Below are positions 1-8,406 of a stretch of 18,329 nucleotides of DNA, in pieces. How positions within the stretch are numbered: the stretch's first letter is position 1; each line of letters begins with the position of its first letter. Under the pieces are notes generated by a model, which was given only the letters and a program-made list of their open reading frames with translations, did no database searches and was not told where the DNA came from. The stretch spans positions 1 to 18,329 of the forward strand of contig JAGYLS010000033.1 of the NCBI GenBank assembly GCA_018400815.1, written 5' to 3'. This DNA comes from Candidatus Oleincola secundus. Lineage in GTDB: Bacteria; Atribacterota; Phoenicimicrobiia; Phoenicimicrobiales; Stramentimicrobiaceae. The position numbers and the translations under genes are program-made.

Positions 1-2
1 CT

Positions 3-557
3 ATTTCTTTTATTGTTTTTACAGGTACATCTGTTCTGGCTCAATTTAAGACAGGCTCAGCGGTACCTGATTTTGAACTGGAAGCCCTTGATGGCAAAAG
101 TTATCAATTAAGTCAATATTATAATAAACAAGATCATCTTTTGCTCTGTTTTGTGAAAAATGATGATTCAGCCTCTATAGACAAATTACAAGAGTTAATA
201 ACTTTTTTTGAGGATTATCAACCAAGAGAAAGTTATCAGATTATCGCTATTGTGGAAGCAGAACAGGATAACCCAAAGATAGAAGAAGATTTTAATTCTA
301 TACAAAACAACACAGAAATACCTTTATTAATATTATTGAATGAAAACAATCAAATTATTGACAGTTTTCAAATTAAAAATTACCCTACCATATTATTATT
401 AAAATATGACTTAAAAGTCAGAAAGGAATTTTCAGGATTTTCATCCCGACAGGAGAAAAATTTTTATCAATATTTATCCTTCACTTTTACCAAGCAGAAT
501 AGCAGCAGTTCTAGTGGTTGCGAAGGAGGGGTTTGTCCGCCACCCGAAGGTTATTAA
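3..557 (+). CDS. Redoxin/TlpA-like thioredoxin-fold protein lacking the CxxC motif (5' end outside window)
   Basis: The frame of the 141..557 ORF stays open back to the window edge: ISFIVFTGTSVLAQFKTGSAVPDFELEALDGKSYQLSQY. This has a hydrophobic signal-like end (VLA-Q) and the typical redoxin opening G..VPDF.L..LDG. The cis-Pro motif NYPT is present. The TTG at 141 is internal. Confidence 0.8.
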   Translation: MSFIVFTGTSVLAQFKTGSAVPDFELEALDGKSYQLSQYYNKQDHLLLCFVKNDDSASIDKLQELITFFEDYQPRESYQIIAIVEAEQDNPKIEEDFNSIQNNTEIPLLILLNENNQIIDSFQIKNYPTILLLKYDLKVRKEFSGFSSRQEKNFYQYLSFTFTKQNSSSSSGCEGGVCPPPEGY

Positions 558-589
558 ATAAACTTACTGGTTAACATATAGGAACAAAA

Positions 590-1321
590 ATGATATATAA
601 AAATACCCATACTAAAAAAAGAATAAGTGCTTTTTTATTTCTTATATTTATTTTTACTATTTTTTTAACAGGCTGCAATAAAACAGAACCGCCAAAGTTA
701 GTGCTTTCCGAAGACAACTGGTATTATGGAGAAGTCACACCGGATCAGAGACCTTCCCACGATTTTACTATTAAAAACGAGGGTGGAGAAAAATTAGTAA
801 TTGAATCGGTTTACTCCTCCTGTCCTTGTGTCATTTTTGAATTACCTGAAAAGGAAATATTGCCAGGGAAAAAAATATCGCTTATGACAACTTTTGACCC
901 CACCGGTTACGAAGGCGAAGTAAGTAAAGTGGTTACTATTAAATCCAATGATCCGGAAAATCCGGAAAAAACAATCAAGACAACTATAGCTGTCCAGCGT
1001 GTTCCCAATCCCGATATTGAACTTTCCGAACAGAAGTTTGATTTGGGAAATCTTACCCCAAAAGAGAAAACATCTATTGATTTTACCATTTTCAACTCAG
1101 GTGATGCTGACTTAATAATTAAAGAGGTTGTCTCGGAAGAAATTTTCAGTCATAATATAGAAATACCTTCAACTATTGCTCCCGGAGAGCAGTTTCAGGT
1201 TGAATTATCTGTTGATTCAAGACAATTAAAGGAAGGCGAGTTTCGCAAAGCAGTTCGTATTATGACCAATGACCCTCAAAACCCCGCACTATTTTTACGC
1301 ATACAGGGAAATGTCGAATAA
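590..1321 (+). CDS. Lipoprotein with two DUF1573-like (Ig-like) domains
   Basis: Basic N-terminus, hydrophobic stretch and lipobox FLTG-C. Two repeats of the pattern F.I.N.G...L.I..V...I.PG...V.I..NDP.NP. The first repeat carries SSCPC. Confidence 0.8.
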   Translation: MIYKNTHTKKRISAFLFLIFIFTIFLTGCNKTEPPKLVLSEDNWYYGEVTPDQRPSHDFTIKNEGGEKLVIESVYSSCPCVIFELPEKEILPGKKISLMTTFDPTGYEGEVSKVVTIKSNDPENPEKTIKTTIAVQRVPNPDIELSEQKFDLGNLTPKEKTSIDFTIFNSGDADLIIKEVVSEEIFSHNIEIPSTIAPGEQFQVELSVDSRQLKEGEFRKAVRIMTNDPQNPALFLRIQGNVE

Positions 1322-1646
1322 ATTTTCCTTACTTCTTCGATAGTTATTTACAAAATATAATAATAATTGATCCCCTTAATCATTCCTTCATAAAAATTTA
1401 TCTTTCCAGTTACCCTTGCAAAATAGGCTGTATTGACTTACTATTTAGTTGGATCATCTTAAATTATATCTTCCTAATTATTTTGGAATATTTTGATTAT
1501 TATGGAGATTTTCGATAATACATTAAAATTGCCATAAATTGCTTTTAAAAAAATATGGTACTCATTGGATATCTAATTATATATATAAATATAGCTTAAA
1601 TATTTAGATATATGGAAAAATTGAAAGTTGAAGGATATTTTGATCA

Positions 1647-2921
1647 TTGAATAATAGAGATACTGTTAATAGTACATTAAAATGGAATTTTTCCATGGGA
1701 CTTATCCATGGTATCTTCTTTACTGCAGGAGAAGCATTCTATAACCCTGATACAATTCTCCCTATTTTTCTAAGTTATTTTACCAATTCTAAAATGTTAA
1801 TCGGATTATCTTCTACTTTAATTGGAAGACTTGGCGGATTAGGTTCTGTTTTCCCCCAATTATTTGTAGCAAACAGGATGGAAAGCAAAAGTCACAAAAA
1901 ACCTCTTCTGAAATTTGCGATTACCATCAGGGCTTTAAGCTGGGGTATTTTGGCACTAACAACTTATATTTTTAATAAAAATTATCCATATTTAACCATC
2001 TTCTTCCTATTTTTTACCCTTATTCTCCATACAGTTATGGGCGGTATTGCCGTAGTTCCTTTTTATGATATCTGGGGAAAAGCGCTACCTTCTAATGTAA
2101 GGGGAAGATTTTTCGGTCACCGTCAACTATGGGGTGGTCTACTGGCGATTGGTTCTGGCTTGATCGCAAAGGTTATTTTAGAAAATGATTCAATTAATTT
2201 CCCCTTAAATTTCGTTATGCTTTTTTCACTTGCTTTTATTTTTATAAGTATCTCTTATCTGGCTCTGGGTTCAGTCAGGGAACCTGTTGAAGAAGTATAT
2301 GAAAACCAGTTACCGTTTAAAGATTTTCTGAAGAAAGCTTCTCATATTGTCAGGAAAAATATGAATTATCGAAAGTTTATTGTTGTAGAGATAATGGGAG
2401 GCGCCGGCGCAATGGCTTTACCTTTTTATATTCTTTATTTAAGAGAAAACCTGGGAATGGAACTGGGAACGGTTGGCATTCTTCTTGCTGCTCAAATGTT
2501 CGGGAGTGTACTTTCAAATATACTGTGGGCACACCTTTCTGATTTTGTGGGCAATAAAAAAGTTATTCAGTTCAGTACTTTTGTCGGATCAATGATTCCC
2601 TTGATTGCATTAATTGCTCAATTACTACAACACTACCTGTGGTACATCTTCTTGTTTGTTTTGATAGGCTTTTTTATCTCAGGTAGAACAATAGGTAAAG
2701 ATAATTACCTGCTTGATATAGCACCCTCGAGAGAACGTCCAAAATATATTAGCCTAACCGGGACATTAATATTCCCGGTATCGCTTTTCCCCTTATTAGG
2801 AGGACTAATTGCCCAATATATTTCTTATAGTATATTATTTTTTCTAACTGCTATTGTTGTTTTTTTTGGCTTCATTTTAAGTTTTGGTTTAAGTGAGCCA
2901 AGAGATATTAAAAAGATTTAA
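1647..2921 (+). CDS. MFS transporter
   Basis: 424 aa with about 12 hydrophobic segments. MFS-like loop motifs WAHLSDFVGNKK and P.NVRGRFFG. TTG start preceded by GAAGGA. Confidence 0.85.
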   Translation: MNNRDTVNSTLKWNFSMGLIHGIFFTAGEAFYNPDTILPIFLSYFTNSKMLIGLSSTLIGRLGGLGSVFPQLFVANRMESKSHKKPLLKFAITIRALSWGILALTTYIFNKNYPYLTIFFLFFTLILHTVMGGIAVVPFYDIWGKALPSNVRGRFFGHRQLWGGLLAIGSGLIAKVILENDSINFPLNFVMLFSLAFIFISISYLALGSVREPVEEVYENQLPFKDFLKKASHIVRKNMNYRKFIVVEIMGGAGAMALPFYILYLRENLGMELGTVGILLAAQMFGSVLSNILWAHLSDFVGNKKVIQFSTFVGSMIPLIALIAQLLQHYLWYIFLFVLIGFFISGRTIGKDNYLLDIAPSRERPKYISLTGTLIFPVSLFPLLGGLIAQYISYSILFFLTAIVVFFGFILSFGLSEPRDIKKI

Positions 2922-3066
2922 AAAAGGTTCAACAATAATATCAGTAAAATTTAATATGTTATAAATATATAATTCAAAAAAGTTTATTTTAACATTCAAA
3001 TCATATTTTTTAACAATCTCAGATTCATCAGTTTCCTAAAATTTGTCTATAATTATTTTGCTTACA

Positions 3067-3095
3067 TTTACAATTAAGTCGGAAAAAGGTATATT
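3067..3095 (+). promoter_or_regulatory. Candidate sigma70-type promoter for the Na/Pi cotransporter gene
   Basis: TTTACA (3067-3072), 17-bp spacer, TATATT (3090-3095). The AT-rich context lowers specificity. Confidence 0.4.
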
Positions 3096-3148
3096 TATAA
3101 TTATCATAGTACAAGGTACAAGTACAATAGAAAGGATATCCCAATTCC

Positions 3149-4759
3149 ATGTATCTCCAAATTATTGGAATCTTTGGCGGTCTAGTTATCTTTTTATATG
3201 GACTGCAAAAAACTAATTTGAATCTAAGACAGGCCTTTGGTAATAAATTACAAGCCTGGATTAGTAAAATTTCATACCATCATTCCCTGTCTCTATTTTT
3301 TGGGGTATTCCTTACTTTTACCATGCAAAGCAGTACTGCTGCTACTTCATTGCTGGTTGGGCTTATTAATACCGGGATGATGACTCTATCTCAAGGTCTT
3401 CAAATTTTAATAGGGACAAGCATCGGTACAACTATTGCTACTCAGATTATTACTTTTAATATAGCACAATATGCTTTTATTTTAATTTTATTCGGTTATG
3501 GATTAAATATACTGAGCAAAAAACGCCGTTATCAATTCATGGGAGCCGTTCTATTGGGAATTGGTTTTATCTTTTTGGGGATGAAGTTAATTTCTGATTT
3601 TGCAGAACCTTTACAGAATAGCCCTGCTCTGCTTAATATTATTTCTCAGTTACAGGGAACACCTATTCTTGCTTTGATCCTTTCTATTGTCATAACCAGT
3701 GTTTTACAGAGCAGTACAGCCATGATGGGTTTAACTATTTCCCTCTCTTCTCAGGGAATTATTCCTTTTGAATTAGCTATTCCTATTATTCTTGGTTCTC
3801 ATTTGGGTTCCTGTACAACCGTGCTCTTTGTCGGTGTGGGTAAAACAAGCCAGGCCAAAACCCTGACTTTCGGAAATTTAATTTATAAGATGGTGGGAGT
3901 TATTATTTTTTTCTTCCTGATTAAGCCGCTTTATTCCATTGCAATTTTTATCACACCACATCTACCGAGACAGATTGCTATCGCCCATACTGTTATCGTT
4001 ATCGGCAATGCCTTGTTAGTTTATCCCTTTCTTTCTCTATTTACTACTTTGCTGCAAAAATTATTCCCGAAATCAAAACAGGAAGAATCTCTTTACCAAC
4101 CCAAATTCCTTGATAACAATATGCTGGAATCACCTAGTTTAGCACTTTATCTGGCAAGAAAAGAATTAATACGAATGGCAAACTCTGTTGATGAAATGTT
4201 TGTCGGTATTATGAAGGTCTTTTTTAATCAAGATGAAAACCTGCTTTATAAACTATGTAAACTGGATAGAATAGTTGATAATTTATCCAATGCCATTATT
4301 CATTACCTGACAGAAATGAAGTTTGAAGATTTAACATCGGAACAATCAAGAGAAACCTATGGTTTATTGAATATAGTTAATGATTTTGAGCATATTGGGG
4401 ACTTAATCGATAAAGACATTATTCCAATAATTGAAAAACAGATCGATAACGAGTTGAAGCTATCAGAGGCAGGTATTTCAGAAATTAGAAAACTATATAA
4501 AATGGTTTATCAGAATTTCTACCAAGCATTGGGAGCCTTTGCCCTTGGTGATAAACGCCTGGCACAAAAGGCATTACAGCAGAAGGAAGTAATTGTTGAA
4601 AGTGAAGCCAGGATGAGAAAAAGTCACATTGATCGTTTACACCAGGGAGTTGAATTATCCCAACAAACAAGCTCTATTCATTTTGATATGATTAATATCC
4701 TAAAACAAATTAGTGAACATTCTTCCTTAATCGCTGAAATCGTTCTAAATAATTTGTAA
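3149..4759 (+). CDS. Na+/phosphate cotransporter family protein (NptA/YjbB-like) with C-terminal PhoU-like domains
   Basis: Two QSS motif repeats (MQSSTA, LQSSTA) followed by G..IGTT and GSHLGS. Soluble C-terminal half with PhoU-like DFEHIGDL and RKSHIDRL. RBS GAAAGGA upstream. Confidence 0.92.
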   Translation: MYLQIIGIFGGLVIFLYGLQKTNLNLRQAFGNKLQAWISKISYHHSLSLFFGVFLTFTMQSSTAATSLLVGLINTGMMTLSQGLQILIGTSIGTTIATQIITFNIAQYAFILILFGYGLNILSKKRRYQFMGAVLLGIGFIFLGMKLISDFAEPLQNSPALLNIISQLQGTPILALILSIVITSVLQSSTAMMGLTISLSSQGIIPFELAIPIILGSHLGSCTTVLFVGVGKTSQAKTLTFGNLIYKMVGVIIFFFLIKPLYSIAIFITPHLPRQIAIAHTVIVIGNALLVYPFLSLFTTLLQKLFPKSKQEESLYQPKFLDNNMLESPSLALYLARKELIRMANSVDEMFVGIMKVFFNQDENLLYKLCKLDRIVDNLSNAIIHYLTEMKFEDLTSEQSRETYGLLNIVNDFEHIGDLIDKDIIPIIEKQIDNELKLSEAGISEIRKLYKMVYQNFYQALGAFALGDKRLAQKALQQKEVIVESEARMRKSHIDRLHQGVELSQQTSSIHFDMINILKQISEHSSLIAEIVLNNL

Positions 4760-4822
4760 GTATCTTTATAATTTAGTTTAATAATATAACAACATTTTAA
4801 TATGAGGAGAATATAATTCGTT

Positions 4823-5491
4823 ATGGCAACAATAATTGCTTTTGGAACACAGCCTGACCAGGTAGAAGCCGGCATGGGAGGAACTATATTAAAATTAACT
4901 GAATTAACCCATCAGGTCACTATTATTGACCTAACCAATGGTGAGCTCTCCAAAAACCGGCAATCTGATCACCGCAAAAGAGAAGCTATTAAGGCTAGTC
5001 GCATCCTGGGTATTGATGAAAGAATTACTCTAGACTATTTGTATCCCGAGTTAGAAAACAACCGGGAAATAAGGGAAGAAATATCTGAAATTTTCCATAA
5101 TACATCTCCGGATGTAATATTTATTCCTTATCCGGTTGATATTAATCCGGAAAGTAGAATTACAGCAGAAATATGCAGTACTTCATTTAGTCAGCTTTAT
5201 CAGCAAAATACTGCCTATTCCAAAAAGAAAATCTTTTATTATTTTGCTGCTCCTTTTACTTATTATCAAAAACCCTCTTTTATCATAGATATCAGTAAAG
5301 AAATTGAAATGAAGGTAGAGGCTTTAAAATGTTATGAATCTCAATTCGAAAAAAGTATCCAGGACAGCCAGTTATTTGAAAGTACCCTGAATCTCAGTCG
5401 TTATTATGGTATGCTAATTGGCACCAAGTTTGGTGAATCATTCACCTGCAAAGAACCTTTGGAAATAAAAAATATTGAATTGATGATATGA
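4823..5491 (+). CDS. PIG-L/LmbE family (BshB1-like) deacetylase homologue with substituted metal ligands
   Basis: Family scaffold is intact (GMGGT, IDLTNGE, RKREAIKASRILG, KVEALKCYESQF, GTKFGESF). HPDD reads QPDQ and DxHPDH reads DINPES. RBS GAGGAG upstream. Confidence 0.85.
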   Translation: MATIIAFGTQPDQVEAGMGGTILKLTELTHQVTIIDLTNGELSKNRQSDHRKREAIKASRILGIDERITLDYLYPELENNREIREEISEIFHNTSPDVIFIPYPVDINPESRITAEICSTSFSQLYQQNTAYSKKKIFYYFAAPFTYYQKPSFIIDISKEIEMKVEALKCYESQFEKSIQDSQLFESTLNLSRYYGMLIGTKFGESFTCKEPLEIKNIELMI

Positions 5492-5508
5492 CTTGTATTA
5501 CACTGTAA

Positions 5509-6885
5509 CTATAAAAAACGATTCAATAAGTTTGAAAATATTACCATGCCTAAAAGGGGAAAAGGGTAAACTGCTCCATAACCGGATGCCGGTTCGTCAC
5601 TGCCCACAGCATCGATTGCCGCACCTAATCCTGGAGTAGAGGTCATTCCTCCACATATTGCTCCGGACAGCATTATCCAATTTATTTTAAAAACATATTT
5701 ACCGACAAGAAATCCTGAAGTCATGGCAATTGACCCAACAAAAATTGAGGCAATAACTAAAGTCAGCCCTGGTCCTGTCAAGGAATTAATAACTTGGTAT
5801 CCATATCTAAGACCAATGATAGCAAAAAAGTAGGCAATGGTAATTTTCCTTAATACACTTAATATTTTACTATTCATCCTAAAACAAAATGGTCCTATAT
5901 TGCCTATATGCCCTAAAACCAAAGCGGCAATCAGCACTCCGCCAGTCGAACCTAGACTTACTTCGCCCAAAGAACTCAAAGATATCTTTGGAATTCCTAA
6001 AATATACCCAACAAGGCATACTAATACAAAAGCACTTAAATCAAAATAAACTTCCTTTCTTCTTTCTAAATTTGGTTCCTGCTTACTAATGTCTATTTTT
6101 TTTATACTACCCTTTAACTCTTCAATTAATAATAACTTTTCCTTATCTATATCTATCTTAAAGATAATAGGGAAAAAGTTCATGGCAAAGATAACAATAA
6201 TGACTCCAAAAGGATAACCAACAGCATATCCAGTTCCTACTCCCGCCTCTACATTTCGGATAAAATGATTTTCTTGCTCCTTTGTTAAAGCAATATTGTT
6301 TTCGACCTTCGAATCTTCGGCATCCCCTATTATTTTCAGTATTCTTTGCTTTTCATAGCAACTTAACACTTCGTATTTTTCTACCAATTCCGAAGAATGT
6401 ACCCTGGCAGCTTCCAGAGAAGCAGCCAAACCTGGAGAACTGGTTAAGGCACCGGTATATACTCCATTATAAAAATAGGGATTATCCATTGAGCTGACCA
6501 GACTTATTCCATAAGTACTTATTGCTCCAATAAAAGTAATCATAATACCTAATAATATAAATTTTACTCCATAAATCCTTATAACTCTTCCAACCTCTTT
6601 GGCAGCTAGTAATCCGACAGAGGCAATAAATAAGATAAGAAATAAATCAAAAAATACTTTATCAATAATATTTTTTGATAATAAGTTTTGAGCAACACCA
6701 TACATCTCACTGGTGGGTTCTATCGTGTTAATGAATTCAACTACTCTCCATCCCAGCAATATCCCAACAAACATGGTGCCTGATGTACTAAAACTAAATC
6801 TACCGAGCCTTATATTCCCCAAAAGCAGACCAAGAAAAACAGCTATAGTCATTAATATAATCTGATTTGTTGCCCATATTAACAT
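5509..6885 (-). CDS. AspT/YidE/YbjL-family transporter (YidE/YbjL duplication)
   Basis: Duplicated motifs GALTSSPGLAA...GYAVGYPFG and GGMTSTPGLGAA...GYGAVYPF, plus LFIASVGL and FFAIIGL, in a highly hydrophobic protein. Confidence 0.88.
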   Translation of the reverse strand: MLIWATNQIILMTIAVFLGLLLGNIRLGRFSFSTSGTMFVGILLGWRVVEFINTIEPTSEMYGVAQNLLSKNIIDKVFFDLFLILFIASVGLLAAKEVGRVIRIYGVKFILLGIMITFIGAISTYGISLVSSMDNPYFYNGVYTGALTSSPGLAASLEAARVHSSELVEKYEVLSCYEKQRILKIIGDAEDSKVENNIALTKEQENHFIRNVEAGVGTGYAVGYPFGVIIVIFAMNFFPIIFKIDIDKEKLLLIEELKGSIKKIDISKQEPNLERRKEVYFDLSAFVLVCLVGYILGIPKISLSSLGEVSLGSTGGVLIAALVLGHIGNIGPFCFRMNSKILSVLRKITIAYFFAIIGLRYGYQVINSLTGPGLTLVIASIFVGSIAMTSGFLVGKYVFKINWIMLSGAICGGMTSTPGLGAAIDAVGSDEPASGYGAVYPFPLLGMVIFSNLLNRFL

Positions 6886-6976
6886 ATTTTTATTACCCTA
6901 AGCTTAAAATATTTTATCTAAATTTCTCTCCTTGTAGTTATCCGTGTTTTCATAGATAGTGTTCCAGGAAAAACTG

Positions 6977-8290
6977 TTATATTTTACCATTGCTCTGCTT
7001 TATCATGCTTTGAACAAATTTCATTAAATAGTCTTTATTGTTTATATCCGGGTTAATAAGTGTTTTTTTCAAGACTATACCAAGAATATCTCCAATCTTT
7101 TCACCTTCAGATAAACCCATCTTCAGCAAATCATTTCCGTTAATCGCCAAATCACTTAATTTTACCGGATGTTTTTTCTTTAATTCTTCTTTTAACATAC
7201 TTTCTTCTATTTTTAGCTGTTTTATTCTGTAATAGTTATTCTTTTCTAATAGCAAAGCTTTCTTTAGAAATATCATTCGCTTGGTATTCTCTTCTCCAAA
7301 TTTGGCCAATAGAAAGCGAATCTTTACAGCTGAATCAAAATCAACTTTTGTCCATTCCCTACTTAGAAGTATTTTCACTGTTTCGGATATCTTTTTCTTA
7401 AATCGTAAAGATTTTATAACCGGAAAATAAAAAATACGTGCGGTTTCACAGGAACCATAATACATCCTACCCAATAAAGCCAGTTGGGAAGCCAAGTCTT
7501 GTTTTAGCTTATCTAGCCCAGATAAATTCAATTTATTTTTTTCATTTTTATGAAAATGTATCTTTTTAACTCTGTCAAGGCTGAAAATGTAGCGCTCAAG
7601 ACCAAATTTGCGCAATAATAATATACCTTGCTTCACATCTGAACTACCTAAAATAAAACTTATTTCCTCTCTTATTCGTTCAGAGCTAACAAATTGTATT
7701 AGAAAAGCATTCTCATATATGCTTTTCTTGAGTTCTAAACTCATGGCAAAAGACAACTCACAGGCTATACGAATAGCTCTTAACATTCTCAAAGGATCTT
7801 CTTTAAATCTTATATCGGGATTAATGCTACGAATAATCTTATTCCTTAAATCCCGCAATCCGTTAGCCGGATCAACTAACCCAGTATCCGGATTCCAGGA
7901 TATTGCATTAATGGTAAAATCACGACTCATTAAATTATCTTTAAAAATTTGGGATGAATAATTATGACTAGCAGACAACTTCTGGTTATTGCTTTTATTA
8001 ATAGACGAAATTTGAAATGCCTTATGATTTAAAATAATCGTTACCGTTTGGAAGCTTTTCCCAATTAGTAAGGTTTTATACTCACTAAAGACTATCTTAA
8101 TCTGTTCCGTCTGTGCATCGGTAACAAAATCCCAATCTCTGACAGGCCTGTGTAGTACCAAATCTCTAATACAACCCCCTACCAGGAATGACAGAAAACC
8201 CGATTCTTTAAGTTTTTTTAGTATAAAAAAAACATCAGCAGGAATATTATTGCTGTTAATTCGCCTTTCTTTACGATAGAACACACTCAT
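6977..8290 (-). CDS. cca: Class II tRNA nucleotidyltransferase (CCA-adding/poly(A) polymerase family)
   Basis: VGGCIRD...RDWDF (catalytic DxD), RDFTINA, DP..GLRDL, FKEDPLRMLRAIR, VSSERIREE and the C-terminal LAINGNDL...G..IG.IL tail. Confidence 0.85.
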   Translation of the reverse strand: MSVFYRKERRINSNNIPADVFFILKKLKESGFLSFLVGGCIRDLVLHRPVRDWDFVTDAQTEQIKIVFSEYKTLLIGKSFQTVTIILNHKAFQISSINKSNNQKLSASHNYSSQIFKDNLMSRDFTINAISWNPDTGLVDPANGLRDLRNKIIRSINPDIRFKEDPLRMLRAIRIACELSFAMSLELKKSIYENAFLIQFVSSERIREEISFILGSSDVKQGILLLRKFGLERYIFSLDRVKKIHFHKNEKNKLNLSGLDKLKQDLASQLALLGRMYYGSCETARIFYFPVIKSLRFKKKISETVKILLSREWTKVDFDSAVKIRFLLAKFGEENTKRMIFLKKALLLEKNNYYRIKQLKIEESMLKEELKKKHPVKLSDLAINGNDLLKMGLSEGEKIGDILGIVLKKTLINPDINNKDYLMKFVQSMIKQSNGKI

Positions 8291-8406
8291 TTTATTTTCC
8301 CTGTCATTATTTATAATTGTTTTCTCTTGCTTATAAAAAGCAAAACATAAATTCTTTAATTGATTCTATTAATATTCTATGCATTTATTTCTGAAAAAAC
8401 AAAAGT

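Noticed and set aside
141..830. Possible selenocysteine recoding in the redoxin or DUF1573 Cys motifs
   Set aside because: There is no in-frame TGA at the motif positions; the codons are ordinary Cys, Asp and Ser codons.
907..1095. 62-aa minus-strand ORF
   Set aside because: Antisense shadow of the DUF1573 lipoprotein, with no recognisable motifs.
1322..1646. 325-bp intergenic region with a weak inverted repeat (ATATCTAA...TTAGATAT) and short minus-strand frames
   Set aside because: The frames are broken by stops and resemble nothing I recognise. Such repeats are expected by chance in very AT-rich DNA.
4485..4875. Two short minus-strand ORFs (61 and 65 aa)
   Set aside because: Antisense to the well-supported transporter and PIG-L genes.
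6960..6975. TGTTCCAGGAAAAACT as a second parS
   Set aside because: Only the left half matches. It is not palindromic and has too many mismatches.
5837..7961. Five short plus-strand ORFs within the YidE and cca genes
   Set aside because: Antisense shadows with no domain signal.
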